64,000 nt of DNA from an uncultured virus (IMG/VR IMGVR_UViG_3300046616_000175) (lineage: Duplodnaviria; Heunggongvirae; Uroviricota; Caudoviricetes). Where the stretch lies: the IMG/VR virus record IMGVR_UViG_3300046616_000175; one strand, 5' to 3'. Below the pieces are notes generated by a model. It was not told the DNA's origin and made no database searches. It worked only from the letters and a program-made list of their open reading frames with translations. A program made the translations under genes and the position numbers. Within the stretch, counting starts at the first letter, position 1; every line of letters begins with the position of its first letter. Shown here piece by piece: positions 48,666 through 58,496 of this stretch.

Positions 48666-48941
48666 TTGTTCTACCGGCGACAACGGGAACGGGTGGCCCC
48701 CTCTCGTGCTGAGCTTTTCCGAATGTGGGCAGATGCGGACGCATGGGCCTGTATCTACTGCGGCGCGCCCTGGGACGAGGTGGACCACTTTTACCCGTTG
48801 GCCGGGGGAGGGGAGGACACGCACGGCAACTGTTGGCCAAGTTGTACGCGCTGTAACCATTCCAAGGCTGACGCTCACCCTGTGTCGTGGTTGAGGGCTC
48901 AGCTCCCAAATTTGGGAGGTGAGCTGCGTCACACTCGTTGA
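48666..48941 (+). CDS. HNH endonuclease
   Basis: Homolog of 9976-10227. Confidence 0.85.
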   Translation: MFYRRQRERVAPSRAELFRMWADADAWACIYCGAPWDEVDHFYPLAGGGEDTHGNCWPSCTRCNHSKADAHPVSWLRAQLPNLGGELRHTR

Positions 48942-49304
48942 CCTTATCGATCATGCGTTGGCGTTAACGATCTTTGTTGCTCAGTCAAGATCATTTGAAT
49001 GCACCCCACACCTACTCCTAGGTAACGGTGCCGTGATCCCTCCGAGTTGGGTCTCATCCCTGAGGACGATTCAGATTTCGACATACGTTCCTCACACATC
49101 CATCACAACCCCAACTAGGTCTAGTGGGCACCTAAGTAAGGCCGTGGACTACCTCCCAAATTAGGTGTGTAGTCAGACCCACGACAGATCGCCAAAGCGC
49201 TAGCGGGACGTCGTGCAACACCCGGAAGGAACCCCAAGGCATGCCCCCGCATGCCCTGTGGCACCCCGTGTGGCGCACGTCACCTCATGCGCTCCCTTCC
49301 GGGC

Positions 49305-49330
49305 TAGAGACGCCCTCTCAGACCTCAGTA
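49305..49330 (+). promoter_or_regulatory. Phage B promoter motif TAGAGACGCCCTCTCAGACCTNAGT (representative copy)
   Basis: Copies at 41501, 42382, 44243, 49305, 50168, 61058. Confidence 0.7.
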
Positions 49331-49359
49331 ACGAGGCCAACCGGAAGGAAACACCGATC

Positions 49360-50163
49360 ATGTCTGAGTTCCCCACCATCACCCCCGACGACGTCACGGC
49401 CGCTCGCGCTGGTGACCTCGTCGCCTCCCGCACGATCATCGACGGCACCGAGGGGATCGTTAAGAAGCTCGCTTACGAGGCTTGCCGGAAGGCCTCCCGC
49501 CTTGACCTCGTCGAGGACATGGAACAGCACGCACGACTGACCGTGTGGGAGGCCGTGAGCCGGTACGAGGCGCGCAACGATGCCAAGTTCTCTAGCTACG
49601 TGTTCCGGAACATAGCCGGGGCCATAGAGGACGAGATGAGCCGAGTCACTCGGCCGGGTGTCAGCACCGAATCAATGAAGATGTTCGTCAAGTGCCTCAG
49701 CATCTCCGAGGGGGACGTTGCAGCGGCCGAGAAGCTTGCCACGGTTGGCAACAGTGTCCGCCGGTTGAGTAAGGAACTTGCCCGCGCTACCCGCCTTGCG
49801 TGGGAGGGCTCCATAAGCCTTGACATGCCCGCCGAGGACACCGACGGGGGAGCGGCGACCCTGGGGGACCTCGTTGCCGACCCGTACGGCTACGGGGTGC
49901 CTGAGGACCTCGTTGAAGCACGTGACATCGAGGCTGCGCAGCGCACCCGGAGTAAGGACCTGGCTCACGCGCTCCTCGCGCTGACCACCGAGCGACGCAG
50001 GTTCGTTCTCAAGGCCACGTACGGCATTGACCCCGTGCCCTTCTTTGAGGACGACAACGAGATTGCCGCGCACCTTGAGGTGACGCGTAGCACGGTCGGC
50101 AACACGCGCTCTCAGGCGCTCAAGGAACTCCGCACCAAGGGTGAGGCGCTCCTCAGCGCGTAA
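49360..50163 (+). CDS. Phage sigma-factor-like transcription activator
   Basis: EDMEQ..RL.VWEA, KFSSY, C-terminal HTH; homolog of 10630. Confidence 0.78.
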   Translation: MSEFPTITPDDVTAARAGDLVASRTIIDGTEGIVKKLAYEACRKASRLDLVEDMEQHARLTVWEAVSRYEARNDAKFSSYVFRNIAGAIEDEMSRVTRPGVSTESMKMFVKCLSISEGDVAAAEKLATVGNSVRRLSKELARATRLAWEGSISLDMPAEDTDGGAATLGDLVADPYGYGVPEDLVEARDIEAAQRTRSKDLAHALLALTTERRRFVLKATYGIDPVPFFEDDNEIAAHLEVTRSTVGNTRSQALKELRTKGEALLSA

Positions 50164-50210
50164 GCGCTAGAGACGCCCTCTCAGACCTAAGTAAGGCGCC
50201 GTCAGCGCCC

Positions 50211-50281
50211 ACCCCGGTAGCTCAGTGGCAGAGCAGGACTGATCATCCAACGGTCGCAGGGTTCGAATCCCGCCCGGGGTG
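50211..50281 (+). tRNA. Atypical tRNA-Ile(GAT)-like with 3-bp anticodon stem
   Basis: ACCCCGG/CCGGGGT acceptor, D arm, GGA-CTGATCA-TCC, GGTTCGAATCC. Confidence 0.6.
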
Positions 50282-50313
50282 CTCCGCAAGACCAAATCAG
50301 AGGAGAAACAGAA

Positions 50314-50490
50314 ATGACCTACACCCTTCCCAGCGGTGGCCGAGTGCAGTTCTTCCGCACCGACGAGGACACCGTTGAGTTCGTTCACTACAACCGCAAC
50401 GACGAGGTAACCGCCACGGTTCGCAAGAGCCTTTCTGAGGCCGGTCCGCTTATCGCCGCTCTCGCGGTGGCTGAGACCGCCCTTTCGTAA
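50314..50490 (+). CDS. Hypothetical protein
   Basis: RBS GAGGAG; own translation MTYTLPSGGRVQFF. Confidence 0.7.
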   Translation: MTYTLPSGGRVQFFRTDEDTVEFVHYNRNDEVTATVRKSLSEAGPLIAALAVAETALS

Positions 50491-50680
50491 ACCAGTGGCG
50501 GGACCGGAAAGCGAGCCTCAGTGGCTAAGCGATTCATGCCCGCTCTTGACGAAATGGATGCCGGGGCGCACCCGACCCTAGGCGTACGAGAGACAGCGGA
50601 GAGGCGTGAGGCACTCGACAGCCTCACCCTCTCCGGCCTGTTTGATGACGAGGCGGACACCGATGAATGGGAGTGATGGA

Positions 50681-50950
50681 ATGCCGGGCATTGTGCGAAT
50701 CAAGGAAACCCGCGAGGTCAAGGCGGAGCTGACGGCCGAAAAGGGCGGGAAGGTGCTTGCGTGGCACAACGACCGCGAGCCGGGCCGAATCTCGCTCGCT
50801 GTGGTTGGTACCCGCGCTCACCTCTCTCCCGCTGAGGCACGGGCTATCGGGCATTGGCTCATCAAGAATGCCGACACGCTGAGCACAACGGAATACAGCG
50901 GACTGCCGGGCAGCGTGATATCCGGCATCAACACGAGGACGTACCGCTAA
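50681..50950 (+). CDS. Hypothetical protein
   Basis: RBS GGGAG; TAATG coupling. Confidence 0.65.
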   Translation: MPGIVRIKETREVKAELTAEKGGKVLAWHNDREPGRISLAVVGTRAHLSPAEARAIGHWLIKNADTLSTTEYSGLPGSVISGINTRTYR

Positions 50951-51309
50951 TGGGGAAGCGCGCCGACATAGACCGGCCTGCCGGACGTCTGAGCGTGGCT
51001 CTCGACAACGACGGCGAAATACGGCTCACGTTCGGCTCTCAAACGGCGTTCCTTGACGCTGAGAGTGCCCGTGATCTGTCGTCCATGCTTCTCAGCCTTG
51101 CGGATGAGGCAGACACCATCCTTGGTAACGAGACCGTTACCGACCCGCTCAGCGGGGAAACGGCGGGACGATCCGATACGGAATACGTCGCCGACCGTGC
51201 GGATGTCTGGCACGCTGCCCGTGGCTTGCTTGTCTCGGGTGGCTACATTCCGCCGGATGCCGAGGACATCATCAGCCTCGCGCGCTTCCTAGCGGGTGAT
51301 GGACTGTGA
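50950..51309 (+). CDS. Hypothetical protein
   Basis: Translationally coupled at both ends. Confidence 0.7.
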   Translation: MGKRADIDRPAGRLSVALDNDGEIRLTFGSQTAFLDAESARDLSSMLLSLADEADTILGNETVTDPLSGETAGRSDTEYVADRADVWHAARGLLVSGGYIPPDAEDIISLARFLAGDGL

Positions 51310-51878
51310 GGACATGGCACCTCGTCCCCGTGGGGCTGGCAACGGGCCTAGCGGGGCTTGTAGCGGTTGCGGGGGCCGGTATCGGGGTGTCTGCCACGGC
51401 GGACGATCCCAATCCCGTACCGACCCCCACAGTGACCGTCACGGAGACTGTGACGGCGACACCCAAGCCCAAGGCAACGCACAAGGCCAAACGCAAGCGC
51501 AAGGCCAAGCCCAAGCCAACGGCTACGCCGACCGTCACGCGCTCGCCGAGGGCGACGAGGAGCACCACGAGGCCGCCGGTATCCGGAAGCCCTCAGGCGG
51601 TCGCTAGGGCGCTCCTATCGGCCCGTGGGTGGTCTGCCCAGTGGTCGGCATTCAACGCCCTGGAAATGGGGGAGGCGGGATGGAATCCCCGTGCCCTCAA
51701 TCCCTCGTCGGGTGCTTGTGGGCTGCCTCAGGCGCTGCCCTGTAGCAAGTTGCCCAACGGCATCAACTCGACCGTGACGCAGCAAGTTACTTGGATGCTT
51801 GATTACATCGCCCGGAATTACGGGTCACCGGCCAAGGCTTATGCCGCTTGGCTTTCTCGTTCGCCGCATTGGTACTGA
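51306..51878 (+). CDS. Secreted lytic transglycosylase-like protein
   Basis: Signal/TM segment, Thr/Lys linker, EAGWNP.A.NPSSGA.GLPQALP, YI..YG. Confidence 0.78.
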   Translation: MRTWHLVPVGLATGLAGLVAVAGAGIGVSATADDPNPVPTPTVTVTETVTATPKPKATHKAKRKRKAKPKPTATPTVTRSPRATRSTTRPPVSGSPQAVARALLSARGWSAQWSAFNALEMGEAGWNPRALNPSSGACGLPQALPCSKLPNGINSTVTQQVTWMLDYIARNYGSPAKAYAAWLSRSPHWY

Positions 51879-51930
51879 GTGAATCGGGGCAGCTCCCAAA
51901 TTTGGGAGTTGCCCCGGTAGGGGAGAGACT

Positions 51931-52632
51931 TTGAACGTCGACGTAATCGCGTCCACCTCGTTGGGTGATCTGCCGCTGTGGGAGGCGTACGGTTACGAGG
52001 TCTGGCCTATGGCTTCGTCGGAGCGCGTGACCGATGCTGACGCCCTCGGGGAGGCTGCGGGACGCATCTGTTACAAGAGCTTCAACCGGCCCAACCCCAA
52101 GACGGCGCGCAACGAGGACTATCTAGCCAACATCCTTGCTCAGGCGCATTTCAGCGTACTTGAGCATGCGTCAGTTTCCCTCCTCGTCCGGGGCGTAAGT
52201 CGGGCGCTCCTAACGGAGTTGACGAGGCATCGGCACTTGAGTTTCAGCGTCGTGTCTCAGCGATACGTCGACTACTCCGGCAGTGAGCCCGTGATTCCTC
52301 CGGCCATTGCTGGCACCGACCTTGAGCGGCCGTTCCGCAACGACTACAACGCAGCCCTCAAGGCGTACGAGGCTGCCGTGACGCTCCTCATGCGACGAGG
52401 ACACAAGCGCAAGCAAGCGCGGGAAGCGGCACGCGGAATCCTGCCGAACGCCGCCCCGGTCGACATGGTGGTTACCGGCAATCTCCGGGCGTGGCGTGAC
52501 GTCCTCGGTAAGAGGTGGCACGTAGCGGCTGACGCTGAGATCCGAGAGTTTGCCGGGCTCGCGCTTGCGCATCTGCGGAGCGTTGCCCCGAACAGTTTTC
52601 AGGACATCCCGACGGAACCGTATGGAGGCTGA
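51931..52632 (+). CDS. thyX: Flavin-dependent thymidylate synthase
   Basis: [31 protein letters not shown]. Confidence 0.95.
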   Translation: MNVDVIASTSLGDLPLWEAYGYEVWPMASSERVTDADALGEAAGRICYKSFNRPNPKTARNEDYLANILAQAHFSVLEHASVSLLVRGVSRALLTELTRHRHLSFSVVSQRYVDYSGSEPVIPPAIAGTDLERPFRNDYNAALKAYEAAVTLLMRRGHKRKQAREAARGILPNAAPVDMVVTGNLRAWRDVLGKRWHVAADAEIREFAGLALAHLRSVAPNSFQDIPTEPYGG

Positions 52633-52777
52633 GCGTGTACGTGCTCACTGAGGGTTGGTACGACATGCGGGAAATCAAAGGCGTGGTTGCCACTGAGGCT
52701 GAGGCGAAAGCGTGGGAACTAGGCGACTATCACGAGCGTGACTATTACGGGCCGTTTGAGCCGGGGGAGTTGCTTGC

Positions 52778-52972
52778 GTGAGGCCGCTTGAGGCGCTGAC
52801 ACACGATCAAATATCCGTCCTCGTCGATATGGTCGACGAATGGCGCGACAAAGACCGGCATGCGGAACTTGAGCGCGAGCGCGCTTACGACAAAGAGCAA
52901 CTCGACGCCTTTTATGCGCTGAGCGCATTTGTCGACGCTGAGGCCCGTAAGCGCCGGATCATTTACTTCTAG
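52778..52972 (+). CDS. Hypothetical protein
   Basis: GTGA overlap with small ORF 52635-52781. Confidence 0.6.
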   Translation: MRPLEALTHDQISVLVDMVDEWRDKDRHAELERERAYDKEQLDAFYALSAFVDAEARKRRIIYF

Positions 52973-52980
52973 GGGAGCTG

Positions 52981-53388
52981 TTGACCGATCGCCCATCGTG
53001 GGACGCATACTTTCTCGCCGGTGCCGAGTGGGCAGCGTCTCGTGCCGACTGCACCCGGGCGCAAGTCGGTGCCGTCCTCGTGAACGCTGCCAACGAGGTG
53101 CGGGGGACCGGTTACAACGGTGCTCCGCCGGGGGTTCCCGGTTGTGCCTCAGCGGGTGCGTGTCCGCGCGGCAAGCTGAGCGCTGAGCAGTGCCCGCCCG
53201 ATTCGGATTACTCGAATTGCCTTGCCGACCATGCGGAGCGCAACGCGATTCGGCACACTCCGCCGGGTGAGCTGCGCGGCGCGACCCTGTACGTGACTCG
53301 TGAGCCGTGCCCCGGTTGCTGGACCCTGATACGGGCGTGCGGCATTGGGCGGGTTGTGACCCCCGTCACTGAGTACAAGCGTCCTTGA
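52981..53388 (+). CDS. dCMP deaminase
   Basis: RPSWD.YF, GYNG, HAERNA, PCPGC. Confidence 0.92.
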   Translation: MTDRPSWDAYFLAGAEWAASRADCTRAQVGAVLVNAANEVRGTGYNGAPPGVPGCASAGACPRGKLSAEQCPPDSDYSNCLADHAERNAIRHTPPGELRGATLYVTREPCPGCWTLIRACGIGRVVTPVTEYKRP

Positions 53389-53576
53389 TCGTCTGCCCCC
53401 GGTTGGCCATGTGCCGCCGGGGGCATTTTTATGCCCTCTGACCTGCGATTATCACTCTCCGGAATGCCGGCCGCGACACTCTGTAATGTGACGCAGGCCA
53501 CACGTATCAGCTCCCAAATTTGGGAGCTGCTGTGTACTGTTGCCCAAGCAATCCAGACACACCCCAGGGAGGGAAC

Positions 53577-53846
53577 ATGCTCCGCCACGACGAGAAGATC
53601 ATCCGAGTGAGCGACGTTCGCGCCGTGCTCAACGATGACGGCACGTTCTATGAGTTTGAGATTGACGTAACGGTCAAGGGCGGCATCAACAAGACGTTGC
53701 GCATGCCTCAGTACGTCGCTGCGTTCCTCGTCGGCGGGCTGCGCGGTGAGTTCGAGGAGGTAGGCGAGCGTCACACCAAGGATGAGGGTCACGCCATGTT
53801 CTACGCGTCCGCCGGTAAGCCCGTGCCGGAGTTTGCCGGTAAGTGA
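53577..53846 (+). CDS. Cassette gene 1, hypothetical
   Basis: Operator upstream, RBS GGAGAGGG. Confidence 0.75.
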   Translation: MLRHDEKIIRVSDVRAVLNDDGTFYEFEIDVTVKGGINKTLRMPQYVAAFLVGGLRGEFEEVGERHTKDEGHAMFYASAGKPVPEFAGK

Positions 53847-53949
53847 GCTAGCGCACCCCGTCCGGAAACTTTCCCGGGCGGGGTGTTGCGCACCGGCCCG
53901 AGTGCTGTAACGTCTTCCTCGTCAGCAAGAAACACCGAAGGGAAGCCCG

Positions 53950-54189
53950 ATGCTTACTCCGTCCTACATGGCCCGCCTTGACCTCAAGACCGGCGACGAG
54001 GTGCGCTGTGACGCTGAGGACGTTGAGTTTTGGGTCACTCAGTGGGTCAAGTTCCCTGAGGACTTTGACGTCCGTCCGGTCCCTGAGGCCGGTGAGATCA
54101 TGGTGTTTGAGCGTGAGAACGGCCGAGTTCTCAACGCGTTCGTGACGTCCGGTTGGCCGCAGCTCTCCGGTTGCCCCGACACTTGGTAA
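53950..54189 (+). CDS. Cassette gene 2, acidic hypothetical
   Basis: RBS GAAGGGA, terminator follows. Confidence 0.75.
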   Translation: MLTPSYMARLDLKTGDEVRCDAEDVEFWVTQWVKFPEDFDVRPVPEAGEIMVFERENGRVLNAFVTSGWPQLSGCPDTW

Positions 54190-54320
54190 GACTCGGTAGA
54201 GGAGGGGTCCGGCTACGGTCGGGCCCCTTCTCGTATCTGCTCCCAAATTTGGGAGTTGCTCAGCACAGTTGATCATGTGCTATGCTTCTCTCGTAACAAC
54301 AACTCCAGAGAGGGCGCCAA

Positions 54321-54566
54321 ATGAGCGAGCGCGACGAACTTGCGGCACTGACTCAGCGCGTTGATGCGGTTGACCGGAAGGTTGGCCACATAGAGGCGGT
54401 AAACGCGATGAACACAGCCCAAGTTCTCACCTCACTTGACTCGTTCCGAACGGCCGTAAATGCTCAGCTCACCGAGTTGAGGACGGACGTGAAGGAACTT
54501 AAGACCGGTCAGGCTCAGATCATCGCGATGCTGAGTCAGTTGATCGGAAAGGACGCCAGTAAGTAA
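54321..54566 (+). CDS. Cassette gene 3, coiled-coil protein
   Basis: Heptad pattern, RBS GAGAGGG. Confidence 0.75.
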   Translation: MSERDELAALTQRVDAVDRKVGHIEAVNAMNTAQVLTSLDSFRTAVNAQLTELRTDVKELKTGQAQIIAMLSQLIGKDASK

Positions 54567-54688
54567 CAGGGAACCCCTCGCTCCGGCGGGGGGTTTCTTG
54601 CGTACCTCCTCCCAAATTTGGGAGGTGGGTTGCATGGCGGTTGGCACCGTGCTTTACTGGTGTCACACCGAACGAACGGAGCAAGACA

Positions 54689-54874
54689 GTGAACGCAAAG
54701 CCCAAGACCAAGGCAGCGAAGAACGTCAAGGCGGGGGAGTGGCTGGAGTTCGGGGGGCTCGCCTACCTCGCTGGGAGGCCGCACGTGGACGAGGAAACCG
54801 TCTGGATCCCCCTTGGGTACGGGGGCGTGGAACTCCGGCCCAACGCGCGAGTGAAGATGCATTACGAGGACTGA
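54689..54874 (+). CDS. Cassette gene 4, hypothetical
   Basis: RBS GGAG, terminator follows. Confidence 0.65.
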   Translation: MNAKPKTKAAKNVKAGEWLEFGGLAYLAGRPHVDEETVWIPLGYGGVELRPNARVKMHYED

Positions 54875-54994
54875 CAGGGACCCCCGGGAAACCGGGGGTT
54901 TCTTGCGTTTCAGGGCAACTCCCAAATTTGGGAGTTGCACCGTGCGCGCTGACCATGCTTAGATGTGCCCAACGCCAAACGAGAGGGAAACACA

Positions 54995-55156
54995 ATGAGG
55001 CTCACCAAGTACGCGGTCACCGTCGGGAACGCTGCGGGTGTCGAGAAGATCGTTTACCCCATGGCCACGGGACCGGCGGCGGCCATCAAGAAGGTTGAGG
55101 ACAAGATCGCTGCGGCCGGTACCTCGTGGAAAGTCGTTGGTTGGCGGGCGGTCTGA
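54995..55156 (+). CDS. Cassette gene 5, hypothetical
   Basis: RBS GAGAGGGA. Confidence 0.7.
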   Translation: MRLTKYAVTVGNAAGVEKIVYPMATGPAAAIKKVEDKIAAAGTSWKVVGWRAV

Positions 55157-55252
55157 CCTGCTCCCAAATTTGGGAGTTGCTCCCGACCGGGGGAGCGTGC
55201 TTAGATGTTCTCAACGGGCCGGAATACCGGCCCTCAACCCAAGGGAGTCACC

Positions 55253-55477
55253 ATGAAGGTTCAGTACAAGGTCGCCGCTGAGGTCAACGGCAACGCCGTG
55301 CACGCTGAGGCGCGCATCTACGAGGTGCACGTCAACGGCGAGAAGTGGGGTTGGGTGTCCGGCCCGGACAAGGGTGTCCGGATGGCCCGTAACGGCTGGA
55401 CGGCGCTCCGCATAGGCGCCCCCACTTGGGCCGGTTGGCACAACAACCGCGCTGAGGCGGTCCTCGCGGCCCTCTGA
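55253..55477 (+). CDS. Cassette gene 6, hypothetical
   Basis: RBS AAGGGAG. Confidence 0.7.
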   Translation: MKVQYKVAAEVNGNAVHAEARIYEVHVNGEKWGWVSGPDKGVRMARNGWTALRIGAPTWAGWHNNRAEAVLAAL

Positions 55478-55654
55478 GGGCTTTACAGGGGAAGGGTGGC
55501 CCGATGGGTCACCCCCTCTCTGTTTGGCGCTCAGAACGGCGTACAGGGATTCTGAGAAACCACCTACCAAATTTGGGAGTAGGGGTTGCGCGGCGGCATC
55601 GCCATGCCCTAACGTCTTCCTTGTCAGCAGGAAACGACAGAGGGAGCGGTCAGG

Positions 55655-56170
55655 ATGTTCATTCAGGTCAAGAAGCTTTGCGGCAAGTTCTTCTCGCAGG
55701 TCCGCAACAGCTACGCTGACGGGTTTGACATCCTGTTTGAGTCTCCCGAGTACCTGACCGAGGGCATGGCTCAGGCTGCCGCTAAGTGCTGGGTAGCCTT
55801 CCACGCTGAGCAGAAAGAAGAGAAGATGCCGACTTACACGCTGGCTTACGACCCCATGGATGCCCCGGGCGGTCGTCGGGCCCTCGGTCGCTCGACCAAC
55901 GGAAAGTTTGTCGTAACGGAGTACGCCACCAAAGAGGATGCTTGGAAGGCTGTACAGCAGACGTCCTACAACGAGCCTGTGACCGTCCTTGAGGACGGCG
56001 AGCCCGTAGCCTCGTTCTACTGGACGTTCGCCCCCGACGAGCCGATGCCGGGCCGTAGGAACATGGTCCGCCGGGTGCGGAACCTGTGCAAGTGGACGAG
56101 GGCCGGATGGACGCCGACCGGAGTACAGGCGGTGGGAATCGGTAAGGCAAGGTTCGTGCGCTGCGCCTAG
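55655..56170 (+). CDS. Cassette gene 7, hypothetical (possible second start 55826)
   Basis: RBS GAGGGAG, terminator follows. Confidence 0.7.
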   Translation: MFIQVKKLCGKFFSQVRNSYADGFDILFESPEYLTEGMAQAAAKCWVAFHAEQKEEKMPTYTLAYDPMDAPGGRRALGRSTNGKFVVTEYATKEDAWKAVQQTSYNEPVTVLEDGEPVASFYWTFAPDEPMPGRRNMVRRVRNLCKWTRAGWTPTGVQAVGIGKARFVRCA

Positions 56171-56305
56171 GAAGGGGGCCCCCGGGAAGCCGGGGGCTTT
56201 CTCTTTGTGACCTAGACCACCTCCCAAATTTGGGAGGTGCCTTGTGGTGGGGGAGTGGTGTGACCTAGAGTCTTCCTTGTCAGCAGCGAACGAGAGGGAA
56301 ACGAA

Positions 56306-56533
56306 ATGAACGCCAACCACACCGTCACCGTCAACGGCAACACCTTTGCCCCCGTCAACGTCTACGGCCTCAGCGTGAGCCCCGAGTACATCGTTGACCG
56401 CGCGTTCAACCCTGCCACCCGCGCTGACACTCTTGAGTACATCGCGGTTGTCTACGGCGTGCCCGCTGCCCGCGCCCGTCAGATTGCTTTCGCCATGCGC
56501 AACAAGCTGCACCGTGCTCGCGCTGCCAACTGA
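56306..56533 (+). CDS. Cassette gene 8, hypothetical
   Basis: RBS GAGAGGGA, terminator follows. Confidence 0.75.
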   Translation: MNANHTVTVNGNTFAPVNVYGLSVSPEYIVDRAFNPATRADTLEYIAVVYGVPAARARQIAFAMRNKLHRARAAN

Positions 56534-56859
56534 GCACCACCGCAAGGGAAACTGCCCCCGGGAAACCGGGGGCTTTCTTGTGTCTGCTCCCAAATTTGGG
56601 AGCTGCACAGAGCGTGACGTGATCACTACCCTGCGCCATGTAACTTACCCGGCGGTAACTTACATCGACAATGCCGAATGCCGGTCGACAACATTGGGCG
56701 ATTTTCACTATCTGAAAACTTTATAAACGCCGTTTCCGATCCTCTGACCTGGGGGTTTTGCGATCCGTTCACCTGGGCGTCTTAACGGAGTCTTAGCGTC
56801 CGCTTACTCTGTGCCTGTCCCCATGAGGGGCCTTGACCGAGAAAGATCAAGATGAGCCA

Positions 56860-57468
56860 ATGAAAACGGTTCTTAAGGCAGGTGTCCGTGTTCCTGCCGA
56901 CGTGCCCACTGTGGGCCTACATGTTCAGGTCAGTACGCCGATGGGCCCAACGGGCCATTGGAACTGGGCGTCAATAGATGGCTGTGCACCGCATGCGGTC
57001 GAGAGGCTGCACACCAAACACGAACTCGACCGGGCACTACGCAGCTACGGGGCAACTGTGGGCGCCATGCTCGTGCATGCAGCCAACGTGTCCCGCTTCC
57101 GGATGGTGGCCCGAGGGCTGTTCACCGGTCGCCTACTGGGGCAGTTCGCGTTCCACTGGGACGCGATGGCCGGTCGCTACATACCGGAGGCTGAGCCTTG
57201 GATTGTGTGGACCGTCGGCAAAGCCAACCAACCGAGCAACCCAAGCGCGCCGCACTTTCCGGGCTACACAGTGAGCGGCCTCAGCCGGTACGTCCGTGCT
57301 ATGTCAGCCGAGGAGACTCAGGGGCTCCCTCGGATTGGTATAGACCTACGGTCAACCGTCCGGCCACTGCACGCGATTCCGCCGCAGATACCCCACGTCC
57401 GAGACAAGGAGGATGTACCGCACGAGGACGCCTTGCCTGATCTGTACGGCCTCCCGCCGTCGGCATAG
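56860..57468 (+). CDS. Conserved hypothetical protein (start uncertain)
   Basis: Homolog of 14786-15346. Confidence 0.75.
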   Translation: MKTVLKAGVRVPADVPTVGLHVQVSTPMGPTGHWNWASIDGCAPHAVERLHTKHELDRALRSYGATVGAMLVHAANVSRFRMVARGLFTGRLLGQFAFHWDAMAGRYIPEAEPWIVWTVGKANQPSNPSAPHFPGYTVSGLSRYVRAMSAEETQGLPRIGIDLRSTVRPLHAIPPQIPHVRDKEDVPHEDALPDLYGLPPSA

Positions 57469-57584
57469 CGCAACTCGCCCCCGCCGAGGGGCTACAGGGG
57501 CCCTCAGGCGCTCCGTGAGAGGTGTGGGGGAGTGGAACCCGTAGAGGCCGCTACGGGGCCACAGGGGGCCGGTAGGCTCGTCTT

Positions 57585-57827
57585 ATGGACAACGAGATGG
57601 ACGTAATCAGCCCGCCCAAGATCAAGACTTTCAGCGACGAGGCGGAGCTACTCGCCAAACTGGAGGGTCGCGCAGCGATGTGGGAGCGCGTAGCACGGGA
57701 GAACAAGGAACGGGCCGAGGATTTCGAACGAGCCGCACAAGCGGTCAGGGACGGGGCGACGTCCGTGTCAGTCGGTCGGACTACGTACGTTCTCCGCGTT
57801 GACGAAAGTACAGACACGGCTACGTAG
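57585..57827 (+). CDS. Conserved small coiled-coil protein
   Basis: Near-identical to 15469-15687. Confidence 0.85.
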   Translation: MDNEMDVISPPKIKTFSDEAELLAKLEGRAAMWERVARENKERAEDFERAAQAVRDGATSVSVGRTTYVLRVDESTDTAT

Positions 57828-57890
57828 CGTGCGTACGCTGGTCTGAGTGCCCGTCACCCGGGCGGGCTTCTGGCCAAAGGACAACAGAAA

Positions 57891-58121
57891 ATGCCAGTCA
57901 GCGGACAGTGCGCGAGCACTGAGAATGTCGCTGCGTCTCAAGGGCTTATCGGCCCCGGGAACGCAGCATCTCCCGAAAGCCGATGGGCCCTTTGCATGTT
58001 GTGCAGTGGGCCCACCGAAACCCTCGTCGTGATCGCCGTATTTGAGTCGGCAAGCAATTCCGGCGTCATTCGAGGGTGCAGTTACTGCGCTGATCTTCTC
58101 GGAAAGCGGGTGTCGGCATGA
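57891..58121 (+). CDS. Conserved small Cys protein
   Basis: Homolog of 15746-15976. Confidence 0.75.
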   Translation: MPVSGQCASTENVAASQGLIGPGNAASPESRWALCMLCSGPTETLVVIAVFESASNSGVIRGCSYCADLLGKRVSA

Positions 58122-58288
58122 GCGTTGCGCTTCCTGAGGTTGGCACGCTCGTTGTCGACACCCTGACCGAACGGACCGGCCATTTCATGGGCGTTGAGGG
58201 CCCGTACGCCATGCTGCGGCCTCAGGGCGGCGGGAAAGAGTGGGAGACGTTCCCTGAGAGGGTCGCACCGGCCGAGGGGGAGTCATGA
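58118..58288 (+). CDS. Small hypothetical protein (LRPQGGGKEWE motif)
   Basis: Own translation; ATGA overlaps at both ends. Confidence 0.7.
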   Translation: MSVALPEVGTLVVDTLTERTGHFMGVEGPYAMLRPQGGGKEWETFPERVAPAEGES

Positions 58289-58491
58289 GCACCCTTGCCG
58301 ACAACACGCCTCCCGACCCTGACGCCGACGCGTATGAGGCGTACATCCTGCACGTTGCCCCCAACGAGGGGCCCAAGTGCGTCCGTTGCTCTGTCGCTGA
58401 CTCCCCGTACGACGGATGCGACGAGGGGCGCCGGTTGTGGGGTGACTACCGGCTAATGAAGATCCGTAGGAACATCTCAACGGCCCGCTAG
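58285..58491 (+). CDS. Conserved small His/Cys protein
   Basis: Homolog of 15973-16185. Confidence 0.7.
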   Translation: MSTLADNTPPDPDADAYEAYILHVAPNEGPKCVRCSVADSPYDGCDEGRRLWGDYRLMKIRRNISTAR

Positions 58492-58496
58492 GGCCC

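Noticed and set aside
53511..56602. Repeated 16-bp palindromes as a CRISPR array
   Set aside because: Spacing is hundreds of bp, irregular, and contains genes; no cas operon
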